Shown here one piece after another: positions 1-8,130 of a DNA stretch of 19,674 nucleotides (position 1 is its first letter; every line of letters starts with the position of its first letter). The stretch comes from Candidatus Dormiibacterota bacterium. GTDB taxonomy: Bacteria > Chloroflexota > Dormibacteria > Aeolococcales > Aeolococcaceae. The position numbers and the translations under genes are program-made. The notes below the pieces were generated by a model. That model was not told where the DNA came from. It saw only the letters and a list, made by a program, of their open reading frames with translations, and ran no database searches. The DNA lies in assembly GCA_003142035.1 (NCBI GenBank), contig PLOF01000109.1, positions 1-19,674 on the forward strand, in the 5' to 3' direction.

Positions 1-495
1 TCACTCCCCGACGATCTGCACCCGGACAGTCCGCTCGCGGGTGCGCGAATGGTCGAAATCCGCGAAGTAGATGCGGCCGAACTCACCGAGGGTCAGCGCG
101 CCGTCCACCACCGGCACCGACTGGGAGCGGCCGAGGATGACCGAGCGCAGATGGGCGTCGGTGTTGAGGGACCACGCGGCCTCCTCGCCGCGCCCTGCCC
201 CGGCCTTGATGTGCAGAGGCCCCGGGTGGTTGTACTGACCCTCTGTCTCACAGGTCGGTGTGATCTGCGCGAGGGCGGTGACCAGGTCCTGCATCAGCAG
301 CTCGGTGCCCCAGTAGTTGACGTCGTCGGACGCCTCCTGGATCAGCACGCTGCAGGTGGTGTGCTGCGAGAAGACGACCAGGATGCCCTGGTGGATACCC
401 GACCTGCCGAGGATGGCTTGGACCTCGGCTGTGACATCCCGGAAGCTGGGCGCTCGCTGGGGTGGCATGGTGAAGACTTCGTGGTGGACGGTCAT
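1..495 (-). CDS. YjbQ-family protein (UPF0047; so-called secondary thiamine-phosphate synthase family). It is the last gene of the sugar operon. Its ATG overlaps the stop of the upstream TIM-like gene (ATGA).
   Basis: 164-aa ORF. The translation carries YjbQ-like blocks: GILVVFSQHTTCSVLIQE resembles E. coli YjbQ GLLHLLLQHTSASLTLNE, HLRSVILGRS resembles HIKSSMLG, and the C-terminal RTRERTVRVQIVGE resembles SRRIIATLQGE. The stop codon is at 1–3. Its start and the upstream gene's stop share the sequence gtCATGct at 492–495. GC3 is high. Confidence 0.75.
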   Translation of the reverse strand: MTVHHEVFTMPPQRAPSFRDVTAEVQAILGRSGIHQGILVVFSQHTTCSVLIQEASDDVNYWGTELLMQDLVTALAQITPTCETEGQYNHPGPLHIKAGAGRGEEAAWSLNTDAHLRSVILGRSQSVPVVDGALTLGEFGRIYFADFDHSRTRERTVRVQIVGE

Positions 496-1214
496 GCTGT
501 CACTGCTCCTTGGGGTCGAGCGTCCCAGGCCTGCCGGGTCGCCCTGATCATCTCGGTGAGCATCCGCTCGGGATCGGTGGCGGTGAAAATGGCGCTGCTC
601 GAGCCGCTCCCCTGGGCGCCGGCGGCGATCACGTCGTAGACGTCCTGGGCGCTGCTGATGCCGGCGGCGTGGAGGACGCGGATCGCGGGATCGACACGCC
701 AGATGCCGTGGTCGGCGTCGGCGATGGAGGCCTGCGTGGTGTGCCCCCCCGTGCTCGATCCGATGAGGGCGGGTTCCTCGACGATGATGGCGTCCGGGGC
801 GAGGCTGGCGATGTCAGCTGCGTCGTCGGCGTCGTTGGCGCAGACGATGGTGGCGAGGCCCACCTCGCCGGCCCGCCAGATGCAGCGGGCCAGCTCGTCG
901 CGGAGCAGCGGGCGCTCGGAGTGGTTGAGGAGGACACCGGAGGCGCCCGCTTCCACGAGCGCCTCCGGGAGGACCGAGCCCACACCCCGTCCGGGCATCA
1001 GCGAGTCCATGTGCTGGGCAAAGACGAGCACCCGCTTCACCTCCCGGGCGACCGCGGGGATGTCCGTGTATTGAGGGGTGAGGATGATCTGCACCCCGTA
1101 CTCCGCGCTCAGCCGGTCAGCGCACACCGCCAGGCGGACGAGCTCGCGGCCGTAGGCGTAGGCCTTGGGCCCGACCTCGAAGAAGGGTGGTGTGATCTCG
1201 ACGACCGCAGGCAC
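492..1214 (-). CDS. Archaeal-type triosephosphate isomerase paralogue (TIM-barrel). It may act on triose or tetrulose phosphates.
   Basis: 240-aa ORF starting at a GTG. An AAGGAG RBS lies 8 nt upstream on the minus strand, read as the reverse complement of 1215–1230. Motifs: LLNHSERPL corresponds to the TIM GHSERR / archaeal LINHSEKR motif, IVEEPALIGSSTGG corresponds to archaeal IAVEPPELIGTG with the catalytic Glu, and PFFEVGPKAY is the N-terminal catalytic Lys region. The short length is typical of archaeal-type TIM. Confidence 0.75.
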   Translation of the reverse strand: MPAVVEITPPFFEVGPKAYAYGRELVRLAVCADRLSAEYGVQIILTPQYTDIPAVAREVKRVLVFAQHMDSLMPGRGVGSVLPEALVEAGASGVLLNHSERPLLRDELARCIWRAGEVGLATIVCANDADDAADIASLAPDAIIVEEPALIGSSTGGHTTQASIADADHGIWRVDPAIRVLHAAGISSAQDVYDVIAAGAQGSGSSSAIFTATDPERMLTEMIRATRQAWDARPQGAVTA

Positions 1215-1226
1215 GCGGGTGGCTCC

Positions 1227-2636
1227 TTAGACGACGACCGCTTCGATCCCGAGCATCTTGGCGAGTTCCAGCAGCTGCGGCGTCCAGGACCCGCGGGCCG
1301 CCCCCATGTGGTGGGGAGCGCCGGCACGGAGCCAGCCATTGCACCACTCGTCGACGGCCAGCGTGTGGTGCCGGAAGAGGGTCTGGGGTGCCGAGATCGG
1401 CCGCGCCTCCGTCGGCAGCAGCTCACCTTCGGAGATGACGAAACGCCAGCGGTTGCCGCCCACCGTGACGAGGGCAAGGTTGGTGATCGGCCCGGGCTCG
1501 TAGACAAACTCGAAGCCGGCACCGTAGCCGTGCACGCCGGTGTAGTAGATCGAGTGCTTCACCGAGACGGCGCCGGGCGTGCCGAGCGCCGGGTTGCCGT
1601 GGCCGTCGTGGGAGAACATCACCGCGTCGTTGTCGAAGTCGATGACGTAGTTCTCGAGGGTGGTCGCCTGGCCCGCCAGCTCCTGCATGACAAGCTGGGC
1701 GATGGCGGTGGTGCAGTCGCCCTCGGGCGCCGTCGGGATGCCCAGCTCGCAGAGCCGGCCGGTGCCGTACGAGGGGATGATGCCGACGCGCGGATCGGAG
1801 AGCCACACCTGGTCAAAGGCGGTGAAGGCGTCGAGCTTCTGCTCACGCACCACCGACTCCAGCGCCAGCGCGAGGCGCACCGAGCGCTCGAAGGATTCCT
1901 CCTTCATGTCGACGCTGTAGCGGGCCTTCTCCGATGCGACCAGCTCGTCGACCTCCTTCTGGGGGATCTCGCCGAAGCGCACCGCGACGGCCTCCGGCTC
2001 CACCGGCCAGACCGCCGGCCCGACCACCTGACGCAGCCCGAGCCCGTCGAACATCAGGTCGGTCATCCCCTCGAAGGGGTGGCCCACCAGGCCCACCTTG
2101 GCACTGCGCAGGCGGCGCCGCACCCCGGCGGCCGCGATCACGCAGCCGATCTTGTCCCGACCCTGAGGGTCGTCGAAGCGCGAGGTGACCAGGGCGAACT
2201 CGCGGCCGGTGCGGATCAGCCCAGCGGTCAGCTCGGGCATGCCGGCCATCCCCGAGTTGAGCATGATCACGTCGAAGCCGTCCCCCTCCTTGAGGCGCCC
2301 GATCTGCTGCGTGTTCCACACCAGCACCGGGGCGGTGGTGTCGAGGAAGCAGCGGGCCGGTACCAGCCCCTTGGTGTAGGCGAGCTCGACGGCGACGATG
2401 ATGTCGACGCCCTCCGCGTTGAACTGGCGTGCCGCCGCGGCGGCCTGCTCCTCGTCCTCGACGAGGCCGGGGTGCACGACCGTGCCGTACTGCTCCAGCG
2501 CCCGGGCGATGCTGCGGGCGGTCTCGGTTGCGGCGGGGCGCATGTGCGCCGTCTTGTTGTACGCATCCTCGAGCAGCGCCATGGTGAGTACGCCGATCTT
2601 GGTATCTGCGGTCACGTCATATCCTCCCGAAGTCAT
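1227..2636 (-). CDS. L-fucose/L-arabinose isomerase-family sugar isomerase (FucI/AraA-like)
   Basis: 469-aa ORF. Its ATG (2636–2634) overlaps the kinase stop (2633–2635) within tCATt/ATGA. Length and composition fit the AraA/FucI-like family. It lies between a sugar kinase and a TIM paralogue. The family was assigned by eye, not by search. Confidence 0.6.
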   Translation of the reverse strand: MTSGGYDVTADTKIGVLTMALLEDAYNKTAHMRPAATETARSIARALEQYGTVVHPGLVEDEEQAAAAARQFNAEGVDIIVAVELAYTKGLVPARCFLDTTAPVLVWNTQQIGRLKEGDGFDVIMLNSGMAGMPELTAGLIRTGREFALVTSRFDDPQGRDKIGCVIAAAGVRRRLRSAKVGLVGHPFEGMTDLMFDGLGLRQVVGPAVWPVEPEAVAVRFGEIPQKEVDELVASEKARYSVDMKEESFERSVRLALALESVVREQKLDAFTAFDQVWLSDPRVGIIPSYGTGRLCELGIPTAPEGDCTTAIAQLVMQELAGQATTLENYVIDFDNDAVMFSHDGHGNPALGTPGAVSVKHSIYYTGVHGYGAGFEFVYEPGPITNLALVTVGGNRWRFVISEGELLPTEARPISAPQTLFRHHTLAVDEWCNGWLRAGAPHHMGAARGSWTPQLLELAKMLGIEAVVV

Positions 2637-4207
2637 TGCTCAGAGGGGCCGGGCATGGGTGTTACCTCCGACCCGAGGGGCGGCCGCTCGGCCCATCGAA
2701 ACAGCGGCCGGATGGTGTCGAAGAGCTCGATGTAGCGCCGGTAGGCGACCTCATACGCGGCTGCGGTGGCGCGGTCCGGTTCAAAACGTGCCTCCGGGTG
2801 CAGGGCGGCCCGGCAGGCCTGGTCGAGGTCGGTGAAGGCCCCGGTGGCGACCCCGGCGAGCAGGGCGTCGCCGCGCACTGCCGCCTCGGTCCCCTGCAGG
2901 GTCACGACCGGCAGCGAGCAGACGTCCGCCTTGATCTGGTTCCAGAGCGCGCTGCGGGCGCCGCCGCCGTGGGAGCGGACCTCGGCGGCGCTCGCGCCGA
3001 TGCCCTGGAGCAGCTCGATGTTGCGCCGGAGCATGAAGGCGACCGCCTCCAGGATCGCCCGGACGAAGTGCTCGCGCCCGTGGCCGAGCGTGATGCCAAA
3101 GAAGACGCCCGTGGCAGCCGGCTCGTACTCCGGGCTGAAGGCGCCGGAGAGGTGCGGCAGCATGGTCAGCCCCTCGGCCCCCGCCGGGACGGTGGCGGCC
3201 AGCTCGGTCAGGAGGTCGTAGGCGCTGAACCCGGGCTGACCGGCGGCACGGGCGACCTCGCCCTCTCCGAAGCGATCCCGGAACCAGGTCAGCGCCATCC
3301 CGCCGGTCGGGCAGACCGGGCAGTAGAGGTAGGAGGCGGGGGCCGAATGCACGTAGACGGGGGTCTGCCGGCTGCTGTCCCCGTCCGCCCGGTCGATCGA
3401 CGCCTGCACGGTGAGGGCGCCGCCGGTGCTCTCCGAGAGCACCCCGGCGGCGATGTTGCCCACCCCGACCGCGCCCGCCGACTGGTCCATGCCGCCGGCC
3501 ACCACGCGGACGGTGGCCGGGAGCCCGAGGGCCTCGGCGGCATCCGCTCGCAGCGATCCCACCACCGTCCCCGGCAGCACCAGTTCTCCCAGCCGGCTTG
3601 CGGAGAGGTCGATGAGATCGAGCATCGGCTGCCACCAGGTGTGCCGGACGATGTCGTAGAGGAGCGAGGTCGATTGCACCCCCGCTTCCGTCACGAAGCG
3701 CCCGGTCAGGCGGTGGAGGAGGAATTCCTCCACCAGCAGGAAGTGGGCGGCTTCCCCGAAGAGCGCGGGATCGTGGTGCCGCCACCACAGCAGCTTGCAG
3801 GCGGTCCAGGTGGGAACGATGGTGGGCACCCCGGTTGCCGCGTAGAGGGTGGGCACGTCGATCTGCTCGGCGAGCTCCGCGGCCTCCTCGGTCGCACGGT
3901 TGTCCAGCCAGACCATCGCGGGCGCGAGCGCCGCGCCCGCCGCCGACACCGGGATCACCGTCTCTCCCTGGCTGGAGACGGCGAGCGCCAGGACGTCGGA
4001 GCCCCGCGTCCCCGCATCCGCGAGGACGCGGCGCACTCCGCGGACCAGGGCGTTCCAGTAGAGATCGGGGTCCAGCTCGACGCGGGACGGCTCGGGCGTC
4101 TGCAGCACGTACTGCAGCTCCGACGTCGCCAACTCCGCGCCGTCGCCGTCGAAGAGGCCCACCTTGATCGAGGTGGTCCCGGCGTCGACCCCGATCAGGA
4201 GGCCCAT
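2633..4207 (-). CDS. FGGY-family carbohydrate kinase (xylulokinase/rhamnulokinase/LsrK-like)
   Basis: 524-aa ORF. The N-terminus MGLLIGVDAGTTSIKVGLF is the classic FGGY phosphate-1 motif, and the size matches FGGY kinases. The start (4207–4205) overlaps the aldolase stop (4207–4209) by 1 nt. Confidence 0.85.
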   Translation of the reverse strand: MGLLIGVDAGTTSIKVGLFDGDGAELATSELQYVLQTPEPSRVELDPDLYWNALVRGVRRVLADAGTRGSDVLALAVSSQGETVIPVSAAGAALAPAMVWLDNRATEEAAELAEQIDVPTLYAATGVPTIVPTWTACKLLWWRHHDPALFGEAAHFLLVEEFLLHRLTGRFVTEAGVQSTSLLYDIVRHTWWQPMLDLIDLSASRLGELVLPGTVVGSLRADAAEALGLPATVRVVAGGMDQSAGAVGVGNIAAGVLSESTGGALTVQASIDRADGDSSRQTPVYVHSAPASYLYCPVCPTGGMALTWFRDRFGEGEVARAAGQPGFSAYDLLTELAATVPAGAEGLTMLPHLSGAFSPEYEPAATGVFFGITLGHGREHFVRAILEAVAFMLRRNIELLQGIGASAAEVRSHGGGARSALWNQIKADVCSLPVVTLQGTEAAVRGDALLAGVATGAFTDLDQACRAALHPEARFEPDRATAAAYEVAYRRYIELFDTIRPLFRWAERPPLGSEVTPMPGPSEQ

Positions 4208-5037
4208 CAGCCGGCTACAGCCTCGCCCAGACCGTGGTGCGCGGCCGCCGCATCGGCGGAGACCCCGTCCTTGACCACCGAGAGGAGCGCGGCGAGAAAC
4301 TTCTGGGGGTCGCGGGCCTGGATCACGTTGCGGCCAAAGACCACACCGCGGGCTCCCGAGGCGACCGCCTCGGCGGCGAGCTCCAGGGCGTCGCGCTCCC
4401 GGGGGAGCTTGCGCGAGCCGAGGGCGAGCACGGGGACGGGGGTCGCGGCCACGATCTCGGCGAAGCGCTCCCCGGTGTGGAAGGTCTTGACCAGGTCGAC
4501 TCCCAGCTCGGCCACCACGCGGCAGCCGACCGCGATCTGCTCGTGGCGCTCGTCGGGGGAGAGGTCCTCATGACCCGCGGGGTAGACCTCGCCGACCAGG
4601 GGGACGCCGGCGATGCGCTTCTCGCTCACGGCTCGCGCCACCACCTCGATATTCTCGGCGTCGACGGCCTCGGAGCCGGTCTTGATCGACATCCCGACCA
4701 GGACGATGTCGGCGCCCAGGGCAACGGCCTCGGAGGCCGAGAGGACGGGGACGCTCCGACTCTCGTGGTATTGCCACTGGGTCGCGTACTGGGTGCCCCA
4801 GTTGAGCCGGACGATCATCGCCGGCGCTCCCCGGTGGGCGAAGACGTGGCCCACGTGGGAGGCCATCCCCGGGCTCACCAGGATCGCGTCAGCGGCATCG
4901 AGACGTCCGAGGGTCGCCGCCAGGTTGTTCAGGCCGGGCACGGGACCGTTGTAAAGGCCATGGTCCACCGCTACGACCACCGCGTTGCGGCCACCGTCGA
5001 ACAGCCGTCCGAGCCGGATATCCTCTCCCGTGGTCAT
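4207..5037 (-). CDS. Class I aldolase of the DhnA/FbaB/LsrF family (TIM-barrel Schiff-base aldolase or thiolase-like)
   Basis: 276-aa ORF. VVVAVDHG and GADIVLVGMS...VPL...GRNV are consistent with the DhnA-type class I aldolase fold. A GGAGG RBS lies 8 nt upstream of the ATG at 5037, read as the reverse complement of 5038–5056. Confidence 0.65.
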   Translation of the reverse strand: MTTGEDIRLGRLFDGGRNAVVVAVDHGLYNGPVPGLNNLAATLGRLDAADAILVSPGMASHVGHVFAHRGAPAMIVRLNWGTQYATQWQYHESRSVPVLSASEAVALGADIVLVGMSIKTGSEAVDAENIEVVARAVSEKRIAGVPLVGEVYPAGHEDLSPDERHEQIAVGCRVVAELGVDLVKTFHTGERFAEIVAATPVPVLALGSRKLPRERDALELAAEAVASGARGVVFGRNVIQARDPQKFLAALLSVVKDGVSADAAAAHHGLGEAVAG

Positions 5038-5281
5038 CCAAGAAACCTCCGCCGAATCGGGTGGCAGCGTCGAGACTCTATGCGCCCGGCAGCCGGACGG
5101 ATGGGAGACCTCGCGCCTTTCTTCGTTTTTACGTGCAGTTTACTTCGGAAGCTCATGGGTTAACCATCCCCATGACGCCGTGAACGGTAGCCGACTTGCC
5201 CCGATGTTGCAAGTTCGAATTTGCACGGACCGGTCGTCCCGGCTTCGAAAGGCCTCTGAAGAAGCTACGAAAAGTGGCCGC

Positions 5282-5310
5282 TTGACCTTCGTGCTGCGTA
5301 TGGCTAGGAT
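5282..5310 (+). promoter_or_regulatory. Putative sigma-70-like promoter for the M24 peptidase/permease genes: -35 TTGACC (5282–5287), 17-nt spacer, -10 TAGGAT (5305–5310)
   Basis: The hexamers and their spacing were read directly from the sequence. They sit in a locally AT-rich 347-bp divergent intergenic region, about 75 nt upstream of the GTG at 5385. Confidence 0.3.
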
Positions 5311-5347
5311 TCCCCCTCGTCCGATGGTAGGGCATCCGAAATGCATA

Positions 5348-5368
5348 ACCGAAGCAAAACCGAAGCAA
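5348..5368 (+). repeat. Tandem direct repeat ACCGAAGCAA(a)ACCGAAGCAA with an 11-bp period, in the 5' leader just upstream of the RBS (GGAGGGAG 5374–5381) of the M24 gene. It is a candidate regulator-binding site.
   Basis: Exact 10-mer copies at 5348–5357 and 5359–5368. Confidence 0.4.
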
Positions 5369-5384
5369 TGGCGGAGGGAGAGCG

Positions 5385-6554
5385 GTGAGTGAGGAGCCTC
5401 GAGAAGGGGTGGGCAGCGCGCCCACGCCGGCTGCGCTGGACCCGGCCCGCTCGTCCGAGGTGGCGGCGAAGCTCGACCGGGTGCGCTCCTGGCTGGACGC
5501 CTCCCCCTACACGGCCGCCCTCTTCACCAGCCAGGCGGGGGTCGCCTGGGTCACCGCCGGTCTGGAGGACCGCGTCAGCCGCAACGAAGAGCCCGGGGCG
5601 GTCTGGGCGCTGGTCGACCAGGAAGGGGCCCACCTCATCACCAGCAACGTGGAGGAGCCCCGCCTGATCGCCGAGGGCGGCCTCACCGGGCTTGGCTTTG
5701 AGCTGCACGTGACCCCCTGGTACCAGCCGGAGGGTCTCGCCGGAGTGTGCGACGAGCTCGCGGGACGAGGGCGTCTGGCCAACGACGGCAACGGCCCCGG
5801 CACCCCGGTCGCCGGCGATCTCGGCGGCCTGCGGCTTCCCTTGACCCCCCAGGAGGGTGACCGGCTCGCGGCCCTCGGCCCGGAGTGCGCCCTGGCTCTG
5901 GAGGGGGCGTTGCGGGACTGGGTGCCCTCGGAGCGCGAGTGCGAGCTGGCGGCGCGGATCGCGGCCGCCCTCGAGGAGCGCAGCATCCTCGCCTCCCTCA
6001 TCCTGGTCGGCGGGGCCGAGCGGCGGCGCAGATTCCGGCATCCGATCCCGACCCAGGCCGTCACCGGTGGCGACGCGCTTGCCGTCATCGTGGGCATGCG
6101 CGGCGGGCTCAACATCTCCTGTTCGCGGAGCGTCTCCGCCGGCGCCCCCGCGGCCGACCTCGAGGCACGGCACCGGGCGGCCTGCAGCGTGGACGCGGCG
6201 ATGATCGCGGCCACCCGGCCGGGAAGGACGTGGGAGAGCGTGTTCGGCGCTGCCGAGGTGGCCTACGCCGCGGCCGGCTTCCCCGGAGAATGGCGCGCCC
6301 ATCTCCAGGGCGGACCGGTCGGCTACCTCTCCCGCGAGTTCGACGTCGTTCCCGGCACCGCCGCGGCGGCGACGGAGATCACCCTCGGCGCCGGGTTCGC
6401 CTGGAACCCATCGGTGCAGGGGGCGAAGTCCGAGGACACCTTCCTCGTCACCGCCACCGGAGCCCGGTCCGTCTCCAATACCGACAGCTGGCCGTCGCTC
6501 GTCCTCGACACCCCGTCGGGGCCAATCGCGCGACCGGCGATCCTCCAGCGCTAG
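5385..6554 (+). CDS. M24-family metallopeptidase with a creatinase-like N-terminal domain (Xaa-Pro aminopeptidase/prolidase/creatinase-like)
   Basis: 389-aa ORF with a GTG start and a strong SD (ggagggag) 4–11 nt upstream. The C-terminal motif SEDTFLVT and the H...E...E arrangement (HLQGGPVGY, SREFD) are typical of the pita-bread fold. An N-terminal roughly 130-aa creatinase-N-like region is present. Confidence 0.75.
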   Translation: MSEEPREGVGSAPTPAALDPARSSEVAAKLDRVRSWLDASPYTAALFTSQAGVAWVTAGLEDRVSRNEEPGAVWALVDQEGAHLITSNVEEPRLIAEGGLTGLGFELHVTPWYQPEGLAGVCDELAGRGRLANDGNGPGTPVAGDLGGLRLPLTPQEGDRLAALGPECALALEGALRDWVPSERECELAARIAAALEERSILASLILVGGAERRRRFRHPIPTQAVTGGDALAVIVGMRGGLNISCSRSVSAGAPAADLEARHRAACSVDAAMIAATRPGRTWESVFGAAEVAYAAAGFPGEWRAHLQGGPVGYLSREFDVVPGTAAAATEITLGAGFAWNPSVQGAKSEDTFLVTATGARSVSNTDSWPSLVLDTPSGPIARPAILQR

Positions 6555-6625
6555 GGAACAGAAGGGGCATCGACAGCCGCCATGAGAAGAAGAGACCAGG
6601 CACACAGAAAAGAGGTAGTACAACG

Positions 6626-8104
6626 ATGAGCATGGATCCGCCCACCCCTCCCAGCGACGCGGGTGCCGTCGGGCTGAGACCGAAATCGGTCGGTCTCGGT
6701 GGCGACTGGATCGTGTCGATCACCAACGTGGCCCCGACCGCCGCCACCACCCTCACATTCGGGGCCCTGATCGGTGCGGCCGGCCTCGGCGCTCCCCTGG
6801 CGCTGATCATCGCGGGAGCCTCGATGCTCTGCTGCGCCGTCGCCTACCACCGGCTGAACCGCTGGGAGGCTTCGGCAGCCGGTCCCGTGCGCTGGGTGTC
6901 CCACGGGCTCTCGCCGGTCATCGGTTTTGCCGTCGGCATCATGGTGCTGATGACCGCCCTCACGTCAAACATCGGCAACATCACGCTGCTCGGGTCGACC
7001 GTCCTCAGCCTGGTGGCGCCCAGCCAGGAGTCCAACAAGCCCCTCACCTTCGTGGTCGCGGTCCTCGTCTGCGCGATCGTGGCTGCGATCGCGGTGCGGG
7101 GAGTCCGCGCCACCGTCAAGTTCCAGGGCTGGATCGTGCTCTGTGAGTACGTGATCATCGGCTCGCTGGCGGTCTGGGGGCTCATCACCGAGCTGACCTC
7201 GCACGCCGCCGGGATCACCCACCCGACCTGGGCGTGGTTCACCTCCACCAGCGCGCCCGGTGGCTTCACCGGCATCCTCGCCGGCGCCGTCATCGCCACC
7301 TTCCTCCTGGGCGGATGGGACGCGCCGATCTACCTCGGCGACGAGCAGAACAAGCCCAAGGACCCGGGACGCTCGGTGCTGATCTCGATCACCTTCTGCA
7401 CCCTCTGGGTGGTCATGCTCTTCGTCTGCCTCGAGGGCCTGGCACCCGCGTCGGCGATCACCGCCCACGCGAGCAACGTGCTGCCGTACCTGGGCGGCCG
7501 CCTCACCGGAAAGTGGTTCGTCGACCTGATCGCCCTCGCGGTCATCTCCTCCTTCGCCACCACCACCCAGTCGCAGATCGTCGACGGCAGCAGGATGATG
7601 TTCGGCATGGCCCGCGAGCGGGTCCTGCCCAAGTCCCTGCGCGAGGTGCACCCCGAGTGGCGCACCCCGATCGCCGGGCTGCTCATCATGGCCGTGATCC
7701 CGGTGGTCGCACTCGCCCTCTACCTGCTGAGCAGCAGCCTCCAGACGACCATCATCTACATCGACTCGACCGGGGGACTGCTCTTCGCGGGGTACTACAT
7801 CGTCATCGCGCTCTTCAGCATCTGGTACTACCGCAGCATCGTCTTCCGCGACATCAAGGAGTTTTTCCTCGGCCTGCTCCTGCCCCTGGTGGGCGCGGGG
7901 GTGCTCTCCTACGTGATCTTCAGGTCCATCCCCGGTACCTCCGGCGTGGTCCTCGTCCTCGCCGTGTGCCTCTTCCTGGTGGGCATCCCACTGGCTCTGC
8001 TTTCCAAGTACATCACCAAGGCACCGTTCTTCCGGATCAAGCGCGAGCAGTACCACGACGACGGTACGGGCGAGCCCGTCGCTCCGGCGGACGCCATCAG
8101 CTGA
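6626..8104 (+). CDS. APC-superfamily amino-acid/polyamine-type permease
   Basis: 492 aa from the ATG at 6626, in frame within the longer ORF 5885..8104. An AGAGGTAG SD lies 8 nt upstream. The protein is highly hydrophobic with about 12 predicted TM helices (e.g. GFAVGIMVLMTALTSNIGNITLLG) and follows the APC-family pattern. The upstream 5885–6625 portion of the six-frame ORF is antisense to the M24 gene and is rejected. Confidence 0.8.
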   Translation: MSMDPPTPPSDAGAVGLRPKSVGLGGDWIVSITNVAPTAATTLTFGALIGAAGLGAPLALIIAGASMLCCAVAYHRLNRWEASAAGPVRWVSHGLSPVIGFAVGIMVLMTALTSNIGNITLLGSTVLSLVAPSQESNKPLTFVVAVLVCAIVAAIAVRGVRATVKFQGWIVLCEYVIIGSLAVWGLITELTSHAAGITHPTWAWFTSTSAPGGFTGILAGAVIATFLLGGWDAPIYLGDEQNKPKDPGRSVLISITFCTLWVVMLFVCLEGLAPASAITAHASNVLPYLGGRLTGKWFVDLIALAVISSFATTTQSQIVDGSRMMFGMARERVLPKSLREVHPEWRTPIAGLLIMAVIPVVALALYLLSSSLQTTIIYIDSTGGLLFAGYYIVIALFSIWYYRSIVFRDIKEFFLGLLLPLVGAGVLSYVIFRSIPGTSGVVLVLAVCLFLVGIPLALLSKYITKAPFFRIKREQYHDDGTGEPVAPADAIS

Positions 8105-8130
8105 CCCATCCCCAATGGCCGACGGAGTGT

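Noticed and set aside
510-2735. 741-aa plus-strand ORF overlapping the TIM-like and isomerase genes
   Set aside because: It is antisense to two well-supported minus-strand genes. The translation is extreme Gly/Arg/Asp/Pro low-complexity, typical of spurious ORFs in high-GC DNA.
2636-4573. 645-aa plus-strand ORF and the nested 335-aa minus-strand ORF (2781..3788)
   Set aside because: Both lie opposite to or out of frame with the FGGY kinase, which has the canonical N-terminal motif. Both are Arg/Gly/Pro-rich junk.
5304-6623. 439-aa minus-strand ORF and the 5885..6625 N-terminal extension of the permease ORF
   Set aside because: Both are antisense or out of frame to the M24 peptidase gene. 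The permease has a proper ATG and SD at 6626, and the upstream extension is a Gly/Arg-rich artefact.
6965-8056. 363-aa minus-strand ORF and the 7234..8145 plus-strand ORF inside the permease gene
   Set aside because: The composition is acidic and Arg/His-rich. They overlap a clear membrane-protein reading frame.
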